A model generated the notes under the pieces. That model worked only from the letters and a program-made list of their open reading frames with translations, was not told the DNA's origin and ran no database searches. Source: Basidiobolus meristosporus CBS 931.73 (lineage: Eukaryota > Fungi > Basidiobolomycota). Taken from it: a stretch of DNA of 64,000 bases. The stretch lies in contig MCFE01000032.1 of NCBI GenBank assembly GCA_002104905.1, positions 124,001-188,000 of the forward strand, in the 5' to 3' direction. A program made the position numbers and the translations under genes. Of this stretch, positions 36,357 through 49,700 are shown piece by piece. Each line of letters begins with the position of its first letter. The first letter of the stretch is position 1.

Positions 36357-37370
36357 TTAATTCTGTGTATCATTTCCTTCGATATGGGCTCGCAGGCATG
36401 CGTTGTATTTGTCAGAATCCTGAATCACCAACATATGCCCACATCCTTCGAAGGTGATGAGTGGGCAGCCCAGTTGCTTTGCATGGGCCTTTCCGAAGGC
36501 ATAGGGGATGGCGGAATCTTTCGTGCCATGGATGATCAGAAACCGCACTCCATTTTCCCCAATTTTCCGAAGTTTCTTCGGATTGCCGTGATGAGTAATC
36601 CCGCTCATTTTCTGCGGAAGTGCGGCCAACGCGGACTGATTAGGTACCACCGAATTGATCCCATCCATTAGCTCGGTCAGCACCTGAAGATTTGTTTTGC
36701 CCTCAACTTGTTGGGACTCCATTTTCAACCACTTGCGTGGGTAATTGATTTTCACCAAGGGCTTGGTGATCTCTTGCAGAGATTTGCTCAAAGTTTTCAT
36801 GGAAAAAAATATTCCCTTGGGGGTTGGGATGGCCGCAAAAAACGAGTGCCATGTGCTGGTAAACGTGACGGTTGCGAAGACTTCGGGGGCTAGGCTCACC
36901 ATCCTCTGGGCAATCATTCCACCAAGAGAGATGCCGACCAGGTGAACATTGCTTTCCCACTTGAGGGATTTGAGCAACTCCAACGCATCTTTGGCGAACG
37001 TTTTGGTGGAGAAGAAACCGGGATGGGCCAAGCTTTCGCCGCTTCCTCTCAAATCGAACGTGCACACCTGATAATCTTCCAGAGCACCAAAATATTTGGT
37101 CTGTGGGAACCAAGTTTCGCACACACTGTTGATACCTAATAAAAGCGACTTGTTGAGAAAGTGCGTGTCGATGATGGGCGGTCAAAATGGATATTTACCA
37201 GTGACAAACAGTACCCTGTACTTGGTGCCTGTGCCGAAGAGCTGGTAGCGCATCTGGATGGGCTTATGTGACCGGTTGCTACCAATAGAGCATTTGGCGG
37301 TGAGAGTGGGGATGGGAAGGAAGTTGGCCGACGGCTTTTTGGTAGGTTGTCGTAGTATTTTAGAAGGCAT
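36357..37370 (-). CDS. Alpha/beta-fold hydrolase; one intron near 37140-37200
   Basis: FDLRGSGES, nucleophile elbow HLVGISLGGMIA, LIIHGTKD, FEGCGH. Confidence 0.88.
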
Positions 37371-37728
37371 GTTGTATGTGTGAATGGTGGTTGAGCGATC
37401 CCTGGGTATATATGGATTTTTTTAAATGGCCGTCACCAGCCCCCTCCACTTTTGAAAATTTCCATATCTATCTTATTCTGACGACTTCCGGATATGAATA
37501 GTCCGGCGGGATGAATGAATCCTACCACCTCCGTAATAAGATGATCATTCTCCGAGCCATATGGGTTTGGATTTTCCGTAGTCAACAAAGTAGTAACCAT
37601 GAATCAACTTACAAATCAATAAATTGGTGTCACCATGAGAGAGGGCATTGAATGGATCTTAATTGTTTACTCCGCCCAACAACGCTCATGCTTATGCTTA
37701 TGCTTTATGACCAAACAAGTTTTTCTCC

Positions 37729-37810
37729 TTGCCTAGAGGACGGCTGCTCTTGGCAAGAGTAAGTTGCCATTGCCTAGAGGATGGCTGTTCTTGGCAAGAG
37801 TAAGTTGTCA
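37729..37810. repeat. Two tandem 41-bp repeats containing the dyad CTCTTG-G-CAAGAG
   Basis: TTGCCTAGAGGA(C/T)GGCTG(C/T)TCTTGGCAAGAGTAAGTTG(C/T)CA twice. Confidence 0.9.
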
Positions 37811-38327
37811 GAAAGCTGCATGACATTGACTGGCCTTTGGAAGCAATCCGGTTTTCCAGTCACTTGGCATAAACCATGGTCAGAACAATTAACTTGACAT
37901 GAACACAAGAGCAAGTCTAGATGTTATGTAAATATTGACTGAGAAAGATGGCCAAATTGGTTCAACATGTGTTATGCGGCAGATCTTATTAATGCTGGTT
38001 ACTGAACAACCCGCGTTAGCCTTAGCGAATTCTGTTTAGACTATCTGGGGAATAGAAGTTCTTCAATGATTACCCGACTTGTACAATTACCCATATTTTG
38101 TCTCCTGAATGCACGCATTGGCGTTGAATCGAAAATCTCAACTCCATATGGGAACATCCACGATTTGTGCATGATAACGGGGGCTTACGTAACTGCGGAA
38201 TGGTAACGGTTCATGGGAAAAAGTTGTTGTGGAAAACTTTTTATAAAAAATTTAATCGACGAATAAGTTAAACATCATGAGATTTACATTGAGAGTTATA
38301 TGCTGCATATAATGATGGGTTGCTGAA

Positions 38328-38792
38328 TTATTGCTTGGTAAGTCCAATAACACCGCAAGCTTGGCGGCCACCAGCGTTACCAGTGGTGCTGGAGAGTTCA
38401 TGACCACCGAGGCCAAGGTCATCCTCACCTTCGTGAACGACGACGGTACGACCAATGATGGAGTGGGGTCCGGTGAGTTGAATCAAGGAGTCAGTGACGG
38501 AGAGGGTAGCTTGACCGTCCTCAGAGGCAACAACGTTGCCAAGATCACCAGCGTGACGGACTTCGGCGTCAGGAGCACCGTGGGTCTTGCCGAAGGGGTT
38601 GAAATGGGCACCGGCAGAGGTACATCCGTTGGTGTTGTCACCAAATTCGTGAATATGGAATCCGTGCTTACCAGGAGCCAAACCGGTAAGGGTAGCCTCG
38701 ACCTTTACAGGGGAGTTTTCGCTTTCTTGGGTGAAGTAAACGGTACCTTGGACGGAGGAGTCACCACGGAGAACTGCAACAGCTTTGACCAT
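38328..38792 (-). CDS. SOD1: Cu/Zn superoxide dismutase, intronless
   Basis: [44 protein letters not shown]. Confidence 0.99.
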   Translation of the reverse strand: MVKAVAVLRGDSSVQGTVYFTQESENSPVKVEATLTGLAPGKHGFHIHEFGDNTNGCTSAGAHFNPFGKTHGAPDAEVRHAGDLGNVVASEDGQATLSVTDSLIQLTGPHSIIGRTVVVHEGEDDLGLGGHELSSTTGNAGGRQACGVIGLTKQ

Positions 38793-39276
38793 ATTGAATT
38801 TGAGATTGGATAGTAAGCAACGAAGCTAGGCCCTCTGGGTGTTTTTAAATAGTTTTTCGAGCAGGGGAGCGGAGGTGCTGAGCTCTTTTCGCCATTTGGA
38901 TTGCATCTCGTAACGTAGTTGATCCATCTCCATATTAGGTGGCATCAGCAATGCTCCACCGACGGCATCTCAGAGATTCATGCCAAAATAATCGAATTTC
39001 CTTACCCCTGTAGGTGTTGATTAATAATAGCTAGTTACGATGGCCCAATCATCAAGGGATGATATCATCCTTGAGAGCATTGCGTTACCTTGCCTTGCTC
39101 TCGTCACCATGATGGGGGTGAGGGATATTTGCCTTTCGGGAGTAGTGGGCGATGGGCGGGCGATGGGCGGGCACACTTCGCATGTTTACCACCGAAGGCC
39201 GAATCTCTTGAATGCCATCCAACTGTCAAATATAGTTAGGATAAATGAGAATACGTCATTCCAAAATTGGTCATAT

Positions 39277-39482
39277 CTATGGTGCTGGTTGTGTTGGATT
39301 ACTTAAACTGTATATCTATGGTGCTATTTGTACAGCATCGCTTATACTGTTTCTATGATGCTGGTTGTATTACATTACTAATGCTGTTTCTATGGCGTTG
39401 GCTGTATTGCATTACTAATGCTGTTTCTATGGTGCTGGTTGTATTGCATTGCTTATACTGTTACTATGGTGCTAGTCGTATG
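39277..39482. repeat. Degenerate ~37-bp minisatellite, ~5.5 copies
   Basis: Units start CTATG(G/A)(T/C)G(C/T)T at 39277, 39316, 39353, 39390, 39427, 39464. Confidence 0.88.
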
Positions 39483-39618
39483 TCCATGATGCGGCCATTA
39501 AAGTGTCTCTCTCATTTAATAAATATATGTATGTATATTCTAGGAGTGAGAATGGTTTGTACTAATAGATGGTGCTATACATTTAACGAGGAGTTTAAAG
39601 ATGAATGAGTGCGTTTGG

Positions 39619-41423
39619 TCAGTCGTCTTCATCGCTGACCATTTGATTACGACGGACGGTGGATCTTCTGGTGATCCCGTCGTCTTCATCATCATCGTCA
39701 TCGTTTTCGCTGACTTCAAGTACGTCGTCCAGATCGTCTTCTTCCTCATCTCTACTTGATCGTTTGTACTTGTCTGCCTTCTTCTTTGCCCGCATGATTC
39801 GGGCTTCGCGCTCCCTTTCTTCTTCGGAGTCTTCTTCATCCACTTCGTCGTCATCCACCACAAATCCATCTCCATCTTGGTAGTCGCTGCGACGACCACC
39901 ACCAGAGTACGAGCGCTCTTCATCCGATTCCGCCTCCAGGTCAGCTTCAGTAAGGCCTTGGGAGTAACGCGAGGCTTTGTTTCTACGCTGTGACTCGAGT
40001 CTTCGCTGGGCACGAAGTCGCTCAGCTTCTTGGGCCTCCAGCTCCTGCTTGTGCTTCTCGGGGTCGGTGGTGGTGATGAACATCTTGGCTTTTTGTACCT
40101 TCCTGTGCTTCCCGGCGATAGCCATGACCATCTTCCTCTGTGTAGCCCCTGCAACGCTCGCTGGTCGGAACGCCATGGTATCGGTGTAGCGAATCTGAGT
40201 CTCGAGTAATCCCTCAACAGGGTGATGGACGATCACATATTGGTTGTCGTGATCCATTGATTTGGTGTTGATATCAAAGAGCTCCTCTCCGAGCAACAGT
40301 GAAAGTGTACCGTCCGACCATTTGACAAACTTGGCATTTGATTCTTTCTTGAAATCGAAAGCAAATCAGTTGGCGACCGGAAAGCAGTCAATATGGTTTC
40401 AAAACCACTTACTATTATTTCGTCGTTGGCGCCCTTGGCATATCTCCAGCGGATGGTATTCTCTACTTGAAGTTTGATTTTTTGAGCCCGCTCTTCTTCA
40501 GTTCCTTCCTGCTGATCTTCTTCGTAGGTGTCTGGATCAAATGCCTTGAGCTCCATATTCATAAACTTGGGAAGTCTTGCAAGATAATGCTACGAATTGG
40601 CGTAAATAACTGCTTAGTGGGTAGTGGCAAGTAGCGCTTACCTTGGATTCTTCGCTAACAGGGTGGGGGATATGCTGTAATTGGCATTCGAATGTGATTC
40701 GTTCTACAGCTTCTTCCGCTTCGCGATATTTCTTGGCGCCTCTTGGAGACTGGCTTCCGTAATCACCGCTATTTTGTAGTTCCTTTAGTTGAATGCATGC
40801 TAGGCGAGAATCGAAATAAATGCGTACTTGTCATCCTCAGGCTCACTTCCAAACATCTCCTCGAGTTTCGACTTGCCTTTTTCTTTGTTGGAGGGTTCTT
40901 CATCTTCAGGTTCGCTTCCAAACATGCCGTCCAGATCGACTTGACTCTTTTTGGGCCCCCTTTCTTCTTCTGATTCGGGATCGCTTCCAAAGATGTCGTC
41001 CATTTTGGAAGTCTGTTTCCGTGGTTCCTCGCTCTCCTCTCCGGAGCTTCCGAAAAGATCCTCAGCGAGGGATTTCTTACGGGCAGCCTCGTTATCCGAA
41101 TCCTCTCGGGAGAGGCTGCGACGCCGCGAGGAAGACTTGTGAGACTTTTGGTACCTCTCTTCATCACTTGAAGAGTGTCTGCTCTTTCGTACTTTACGAG
41201 AATCTCGATCGGAATCGGAGCCGCTGGAGATGGCATGTTTCTTGCTTGAGCGACTCCTTGAGGTCTCTTCCTCAGAATCAGAGTGTCGACGACTGTAGTC
41301 TTGGTTGTGCCTTCCTCGGGATTTATCAGAGGAACGCGAATATTCATGGTCGGAATGAACTGGACTACGGTCTTCCTCCTCCTCGGAGCCAAACAGATCG
41401 TTCATTTTGTCGGGGGAGCTCAT
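39619..41423 (-). CDS. LEO1: PAF1 complex subunit Leo1; multi-exon
   Basis: Acidic/Ser-rich N-terminus with DLFG repeats, FDPDTYE, VENTIRWR, SNAKFVKWSDGTLSLLLG, acidic tail. Confidence 0.93.
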
Positions 41424-41790
41424 TCGCGCACGGGTTTCTATTTGGTCGCTAACTTAGGAGAAAAGATGGTGGAACTTCACTGAACTAATTGACAGTTGAA
41501 TCGGAATCCAGGGCAACTTGTATGGGCTCTACTGTGGTTTCCTAAGGCGATGTGGATAGGATGGACGCGACTGATTCATCCCATTTTTCTTTTGATCAAT
41601 TGAAATTCTGGAGCGGATTTCGGGCCCTTCATTGGATAGCATTGGTGCGTGGACCTGGGTTTTCTTATGATGTTACTGGTATGTGTGTTCCAAGTGTTTC
41701 GTGTTCCCGAGTCAGGTAATTGGAAATTTCTCCATTGTGCCGTATATTCCCAACCCCAGTAGACCAGCTATTATTCCCCCTCTTGTTGAC

Positions 41791-42411
41791 ATGGCATCTT
41801 CTGAGACGGCACGCGACAAGGATGAACAAGAACAAAGCAGAAAAGGCTTAGAATCGAAGCTTAAGGAGCTGGTAGAATCCTTGTTGGAGATAGGAATCAC
41901 TGCGTACGACTTTCAAGCAGAGAGCGGGGATTTGATTTATCAGAGAATGTAAGGCTTTGAACTTGACCCAAAGTGGCCCCAATTTCTGACCGTGTCTGTT
42001 TACCTTAGTGGCGATCTAGTGAATTCTTACTCGCAGTTGAACGAGCTCAAGGACTCCATTGATATTCATGTCCCGTTCGATGTTCTAAGGTAACCGGTAC
42101 TTCGACCAAGCCTCCGCATGGAGCTCTCTAACTCGTACCTCACAGCTTTATAGAGGATGGCAAGAACCCTGATCTGTTCACTCGCGACTACGTCGAGCGG
42201 TTGGCCGCCGAAAGTCACTTTACAAATGGGAAAATCGAAGCTATGAAGGTAATTATTGTGGTTGTGCACAGGCCACTTGACATACCCAGAGGACTCAACC
42301 AACAACATTTAATGAACCCAGGATTTCCGAGGTATCCTGGAAGATGAACTGAAGCAGGCTTTCCCGGAACAGATGGAGGCTTACACCCAGCAACGTTCCC
42401 GAACTCCATAG
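41791..42411 (+). CDS. MED10: Mediator subunit Med10/Nut2; 4 exons
   Basis: LVESLLEIGITAYDFQ...VPFDVL|SFIEDGKNPDLFTRDYVER...GKIEAM. Confidence 0.93.
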
Positions 42412-42789
42412 TTGGATGGATTGGCGTATTCCAAACAGTAGGTGGAGCATAGCAAGTCCTGCTGCTTCCCTTGCCTCTAACCACTGGATGTATGTTTGAC
42501 GAAAGACCTGGTGCTGAGTACCCACTGTCGTCACATTTGTCAGAAACCACCGGTCATCCCACTTCCTCAGTTCTCCCCGCAGTGCAGTCTTAATGGTATA
42601 TACATGTTTGATTATTAGGGTATTAATAAAGCCAGTGTATGATAGTTAGGTACTCATATGTCTCTTGGTGAGATAGTAGATCCAATGTTGATCCGATGGC
42701 ATTCCAAGATTGTATTTGTTTTTCAGGTGAAGGCTGCTATTCAATAATCCAGGAATGATGTAGTGAATACTGAAATTCAATGGTGATAT

Positions 42790-43138
42790 TGTTGCAATAT
42801 TCTGAGGAGTATTGGAAGTGATGTGGAGAACTAGAAGATTTACATGTTACTCACTTGTAGATTTATTGATCAAAAGTATGGTATTTATACTTTTGATAAA
42901 GTAGAGCAAACAAACATGCGGACTTTGTTAAGGAAGGTCCCAAGAATATGTGTGCAAAGTTTGGGGGCCTTTGGACAACTTTGAGAAAGATCATAATCTG
43001 GGTACCTGATAATTTGGTAAAAATAATCTAAGTAAATCCCAACAAGATATTTGGTCAGGACAGAATGCTAATCAAAGAATAAGATCTATGTGACTAAGTT
43101 GGCATGAAAATCTAGGTGACAACTTAATAATTACAACA
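42790..43138 (-). mobile_element. Solo Copia LTR (divergent subfamily), 349 bp, with 5-bp TSD GATAT
   Basis: TG...CA ends, homologous to the other LTRs, GATAT on both flanks. Confidence 0.9.
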
Positions 43139-44471
43139 GATATAAGGTGTAGGTCATGGGCCTGGGGCTATGAAAGTATATTAATTGCAGGGATAAGGCT
43201 TTGTGATATGTTATGAAATAATGATGAATTACCTTCAGCTCCATACACATGCACTACAAATCCACTTAAACTGGGGCTTATGTGCTTATCCACTCTCTGC
43301 CTAAGTCTATTATCAAGTGGATTGTAGCTTAAGTAGTCCCTATGAAAAATAATTTGGTCCCACAGGTTGATCCAATCCAGATCAGCCATCAGGATCCTGC
43401 AATGAGTCCATTATAATGCCAGCAGCTTGGAATTATTGCCACCCTACATGATCTTAATGTGCTCTACATTTATTTGAGCAGACCCAACCAGCTAATACAT
43501 CCAATAGCATTATATGGCAAGAAACTTGATAGTGTTCTGACAGCTTCATTGCAAACCTCCACTGGCATTATTATGGCAGTACAGCAGCCTACAGCTAGCT
43601 CTGTATAATGCTACTGTACCAATTTACCAAATGGTATATTTTTCTACCTCCCCTTGCACCATTCATATTACCACTGTAGAATCTCCCCTCTTTATTTGCT
43701 TACCTACTACTACCTTGGGTATAACACATATAGTTCAAATAATAAAATTATGGCCTGCTGCTTACTAACCTTTACACACATACACACCCACTGCAATTGA
43801 CACACCTCTATCACCTCAACTTTATGGCTTTTCAGTGTGATGACTGCAAAGCTGCCATATTCCCTGTGTTGCTGGTAACATATACATCTTGCAAACATAT
43901 ACTTGGTTGCCACCACTTTTGCCATGAACACCACCTGAATATTGACAAAGAGCATTTTGGTATTTGGCCAATATGTTCCTCCTCTCTGCTGGATTCTAGT
44001 CCCCATTATGGGTGCACTCTAGCTTCTATTGGTTCAAATTCCATACTAGACTTGTTCCATTATGCCATGCCAGGGTGTGCAGTGTAATCTGCAGCCAAAA
44101 AGAACAATCAGGTGTGGTATTGTAGCTACCAGAAGGCAGGATTGCTCTTGGACAATTTTTGCACTATGTGGGACAATTCTGCACACTACAGCACAATCTG
44201 ACACAATGAGGTTGGCATGGACAATTGCACCAACTTGTAATGTTTGCATCACATGTGCAATTGGATACCATCTTTGATGGTAGGTAAAATCCTAGTACTT
44301 GGATATGTTTCTTTAATGTAAATGAAAATAAACTTGTATCACACTATAAACTACACTGATACTTACCACTTTTGGTTACCATCACTCCAGTTGGATGGTA
44401 TGTCAATGGCTGACTGGTCTAAAAGTATCCTGAAAGCTCTGAGCCCCCAATTGGCTCATTGACCAATACAC

Positions 44472-46565
44472 TGTAGTAAAAAGTTTGTAATTCCACCTGA
44501 ATATTCACCTAACTTAGTCACTTAGATCATTACCTTCAAATCCTAGAGAATACTGACCAAATCCTTGTTAGGATTTACTTAGTATATTTTCACCAAAATA
44601 TCAAGTACCCAGAACATGAAAATTCTCAAAGTTGTCCAAGCAGCCCCAAACTTTGCACACATGTTCTTGGGACCTTCCTAAATCTATTCTATATATTTGT
44701 AACAACAAGACCTTGTATAAAATATAAGCACTACTTTACAGTCAATAAATCATTAAGTGAGAACCATATAATCTGCTTGCCTTCCCAAATCACTTCCAAT
44801 ATCTCCAAGAATCTTAGAACAGGTAATGAGCCCCAAGCTGTCACTCTCTGCAGTGTCTGCTACTGCTATTACTGGAATTCTTCCCTCTGCTGAAAAGTTG
44901 GATGGATCTAACTACTAAGTGTGGAATGTGAAGATGAAGCTGCTGCCACAAGAAAGAGGCCTTTGGGATATTGTCATGGGAGAAGAATGCCCTACTAAAA
45001 GCATGGGAGAGGAAGCCTTAAAGTACGCAGAAAGAAGGAACAAAGAGCCTTTAACTATAGGTGCCTTAATGTTAGAGAAATATTACTAATTCAATGCTCA
45101 AGAGCAAAAATGGCAAAGAATGCCTGGAAGGCATTAGAAGACACCTACCAGTGATGTTCAGCTGCTAAGAAAATGTATCTTAGACAAAAATTATTTACTA
45201 CAAAGATGCTGCCAGGAGAAGAAATGAAAATTGATTTAGCAGAATTACCCTGCTGGTGGATGAGATGGAGTCTATGGGCATACCAACTACTGATGAGGGT
45301 GTGAGAGTAACCATCCTGAATAGCCTGATAGGCAAGTTTCAGGGCCTTGTATCAGCCCTAGAGTCCAGAACTGAAGATTTAACCTTAAATTACAAGTATG
45401 GCAAGGCTCCTGGATGAAAAATTAAGAAAATCAAGTGCCAATAAGAAGGAAGAAGAAAATGCTTTAATAAGCAATAGTAACAAACAAAGGAGGTACCCAA
45501 GACCTTACAAAGGCAACAGCAACCTGTTTTGCAAATACTGCAAAAGGAAAGGACATACATCAGACCAGTATCTCAAAAGGAGAGATAATCAGCAAAAGAA
45601 GCCTGAAAATGGAAATGCTGCAACAACTGAAGATAGACTATTCATATCTGCACTAAATGTGACCACAACCAAGGATTCTCAGACATGGTACATTGACTCT
45701 GGAGCACCTCAGCACTTTACACACCAAAAAGAACTTTTTATCCAATACCAAGAAATTTCAATTAAGAAGGTTTTCATGGGTGACAATAGAACACTTGATG
45801 CAGTGGGAGAAGGAACTATCCAAGTAAGCCTTAGAAGCAGTGAAGGAAGCCATACACTGACCTTTAAAGAAGTACTCTATGTACCAGCAATAGCCAAGAA
45901 CCTACTCTGTAAGCAAGGCCACTGCAGAAGTACTCAGTCTCAGCTTTTACAATTCTGAATGCAAGATCACTGATTCAAATGGTGCCCATATTGCTTTGGG
46001 TATCAGAGATTAGAATCTATACCAGTATACTTATATTCCATCATATCTGGAAGCTAATATAAGTAAGTTAAATGAAGAAACAACAATGCTCTGGCACAGG
46101 AGATTTGGGCACATCAATTTTGATTATTTATGCAAAATGATCAAAGATCTGCTAGTTTCCAGAGTAAGAATTGATCCCCCAGCTAATTTGGAGCACTGTG
46201 AAGCCTGCATATATGGGAAATAAGCCAGACAACTGTTCAAGAGCTCTGGGTTAATCAAAACTAAGAAAAAATCAGATCTAATTCCCTCAGATCTGTGTGG
46301 ACCTATGCAAAATTTATCCTTAGGCAGGATGAAATATTGAATCACCTTTATTGATGATTTTAAAAGATACATGTGGGTCTACTTCATGGAGAGCAAGGAG
46401 GAGGCTCTGTCTAAGCTCAGGGTGTTTAATGCCATGGCGGAGGGAGAAGCTGGTGAAAAAATCAAGAAAATATGCTCTGACAATGTTGGAGTATATACCT
46501 CAAAACTATTCATCCACTTCTGCAAAATTCATGGGATAAAGCATGACACTACCGTACCATACTCA
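44472..46565 (+). mobile_element. Truncated, decayed Ty1/Copia element: 5' LTR 44472-44821, PBS, gag, protease, start of integrase
   Basis: LTR then GGTAATGAGCCC; zinc-knuckle remnant CKYCKRKGH, WYIDSGA, WHRRFGH; stops and frameshifts. Confidence 0.9.
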
Positions 46566-46752
46566 CTTGTCAGGATCAAGCCTGGCAATGAATGGAAAAC
46601 TGCCTTCAGAACAAGATATGGTCACTTTGAGTATAAAGTTACGCCATTTGGCCTCACAAATGCCCCAGCTGTCTTTCAACACCGGATGAATAACATATCC
46701 TGGGAGTACCTTGACCAATTTTTGGTTATCTACCTTGATGATACCCTAATCT
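46566..46752 (+). mobile_element. Ty3/Gypsy reverse transcriptase fragment
   Basis: [36 protein letters not shown]...VIYLDD. Confidence 0.9.
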
Positions 46753-49700
46753 TGTTGTAAGAGTCTTGGAGATATTGGAAGTGATTGTGAGGACAAGTAG
46801 ATTATGTGGTTTTCACTTAATGATTTATTGAATGTAAAAGTAGTATTTATACTTTTACCTGGTCTTGGCATTACAAACATGTAGAATAGGCTAAGGAAGG
46901 TCCCAAGAACATGTGTGCAAAGTTTGGGGCTGTTTGGACAACTTTGAGAATTTTCATGTTCTGGGTACCTGGTGTTTTGGCAAAAATATTCTAAGTAAAT
47001 CCCGACAAGGAATTTGGTCAGTATTCTCTAGGATTTGAAGATAATGATCTAAGTGACTAAGTTAGGTGAATATTTAGGTGGAAATACAAATTTTTACAAC
47101 ACTCCCACTCAGCTAAATGCTCATACTGACTAGTCCTAATTTTGACCTAAGATATTCAAACTTGTCTCTAGCTAATGGTTTGGTAAATAGGTGTGCAATC
47201 ATTTCATCTGTAGGACAGTAAGCTAAGCTAACTAAGTTATTCTCTATAGCTTCACATATGAAATGATATCTAATATCTATGTGCTTGGTTCTAGCATGAA
47301 AAGTTGGATTTCTACCTAATTGTATACATCCTTGATTATCTTGAAATAAAGTAATAGGCGTTTTTTGACATAGGCCTAAATCTGTAAACAGCTTTCTTAA
47401 CCTCATTGCTTCTTTTGTAGCTTCACAGGCTGCCATATACTCTGCTTCTGTGGTAGAAAGTGCTACGGTTGGTTGCTTTCTTGAATTCCATGAAATTGCT
47501 CCTTGACAGTAAAGAAAGGTGTATCCTGTGGTGGATCTTCTGTCATCTAAATTTTGTTCCCAATCTGCATCAGAGTATCCCACAAGATCCTGTTCTGAAT
47601 CCTTATAAGTGTATCTTAAGCAGATATCAGCAGTTCCTTTTAGGTATCTAAATATCCGCTTAACTGCTGCAACATGATCAGATCCATAGTTCTGATTATG
47701 TTGGCTGACAACTCTCACTGAATATGAGATATCTGGACGTGTTCCTAGCATGATATACATCAGACTGCTGACCATAGATTGATAAGGAAAGTCAGGGCTT
47801 CCAGATGGCACCAAGCTCTCTTGATTTGGTTGAGTTTTGGACCAAGTTAAGGTTTGTCTACATTGGGGTAACTGCCGGTTTACAGTCTTCCATTTGGTAC
47901 TTCTTTAGTATATCTTGAATATACTTGGATTGACTTAGGGTGATAGTCTGGGTACTTCTGTCTAAGGAGAACTTAATCCCTAAGTAGTAACTAAGTTCTC
48001 ATAGATCGGACATCTTGAACTCCTTAGATAGGCTGGATTTAGTCTCTTCCAATGTTTCTAGGCTATTGGTGGCTATAGTAAGATCATCCACATATAGAGC
48101 TAATAGAACTGGATTTGCTCTATCTGGCTTATAGTATATACTATAGTCAGCATTAGTCCTTTTAAAACTCAAAGATTCCAAATAAAAATCTATCTTGCAA
48201 TTCCAGGCTCTTGGTGATTGTTTGAGACCATATAGTGACTTTTTAAGCTTGCAGACCAAATGGGAGTTATCTTGGTCAACAAACCCATCAGGCTGGTCCA
48301 TATACACATCCTCATCAAGTTCTCCATTCAAAAATGCAGTATTTACATCCATTCAATGAATAAAGAACTTGTATTTGGCTGCAATAGCCAATATTAATCT
48401 GATGGAATTAAACTTGGCTACCGGTGCAAAGGTCTCAGTAGAGTCAAGTCCTTTTGTTTGAGAGTATCCTTTGGCTACAAGTCTTGCTTTGTATCTTTCA
48501 ATTGTACCATCAGCCTTGTATTTTGTCTTGAAGACCCATCTGCATCCAATTGATTTTTGGTTGATTGGTAATTTAACCAAATCTCAAGTCTGATTTTCCA
48601 TTAGGGCCTGATATTCCTCAGTCATTGCAGATCTCCAAAACTTTGTCTGAGGGCTATTTAGGGCCTCTTTTACAGTCTGGGGTTCATCAATATGGACTAA
48701 TTAGGCATAGGCTAAGTTTGTACCTTCATTGATATAGTAATTTGGGCTATTTCTTGTCCAATTGGATCTCCGGGCATTTGGTACTGGAATGATCACTTCT
48801 GGGATATTCCTGGGCACTGATTCTGGCTGAACTACGGTTTTAGAGTTCTCTGGAGTGAAAAAATTCTCATTGTTTTGCTCTGATTCAATCCTGACAATTG
48901 GTGGACTTGAGATCAAATTTTAGTCATCATCTGATGTCATTTTTTGTGAAAATTTTAAATTTTCATAAATAACACATCCCTGGACTTGATCAGCTTCTTT
49001 GCTTTGGTATTGTAGAGTCTGTATGCCTTACTCTCATTGCAGTAGCCCAAAAATATGCATTTTACACTTTTTGGCCCAAATTTTGACTGATTTCCGGCCA
49101 GTTTTTTGGCATATGCTGTACACCCAAATATGCTTAGATGTTCTGCACTTGGTCTGTATCCATACCATGCTTCAAATGGAGTAGAATCACAAAGTATTCT
49201 GTTATAACTCCTATTTTTAAGGTATGCAGCTGTGGCAACTGATTCCACCCAAAAATCATAGGATAATTTTTGATCATGGATCATAGATCTTGCCATATCA
49301 ATTATTGACCTGTGAGCACGTTCTGCTACTCCATTTTGCTGTGGGGAGTATGGTACAGTAGTCTCTTGCTTTATCCCATGAATTTTGCAGAAGTGGATGA
49401 AGAGTTTTGAGGTATATTCTCCACCATTGTCAGAGCATATTTTCCTGATTTTTTCACCAGTTTCTCTCTCCACCATGGCTTTAAACTCCTTGAGCTTAGA
49501 CAGAGCTTCTTCCTTTCTCTCCATGTAGTAGACCCATGTGTATCTTGTATACTCATCAATAAAAGTGATTAAATACTTCATCCCATCTAAGGATAAATTT
49601 GTATAGGTCCACACAGATCTGAGTGCATCAGATCTAATTTTTTCTTAGTTTTGATTAACCCAGAGCTCTTGAATGGTTGTCTGGCTTGTTTCCCATATAT

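Noticed and set aside
43700-44280. Cys/His-rich short ORFs in the CpG-depleted region
   Set aside because: Overlapping frames without a consistent zinc-finger spacing; composition reflects TG/CA excess.
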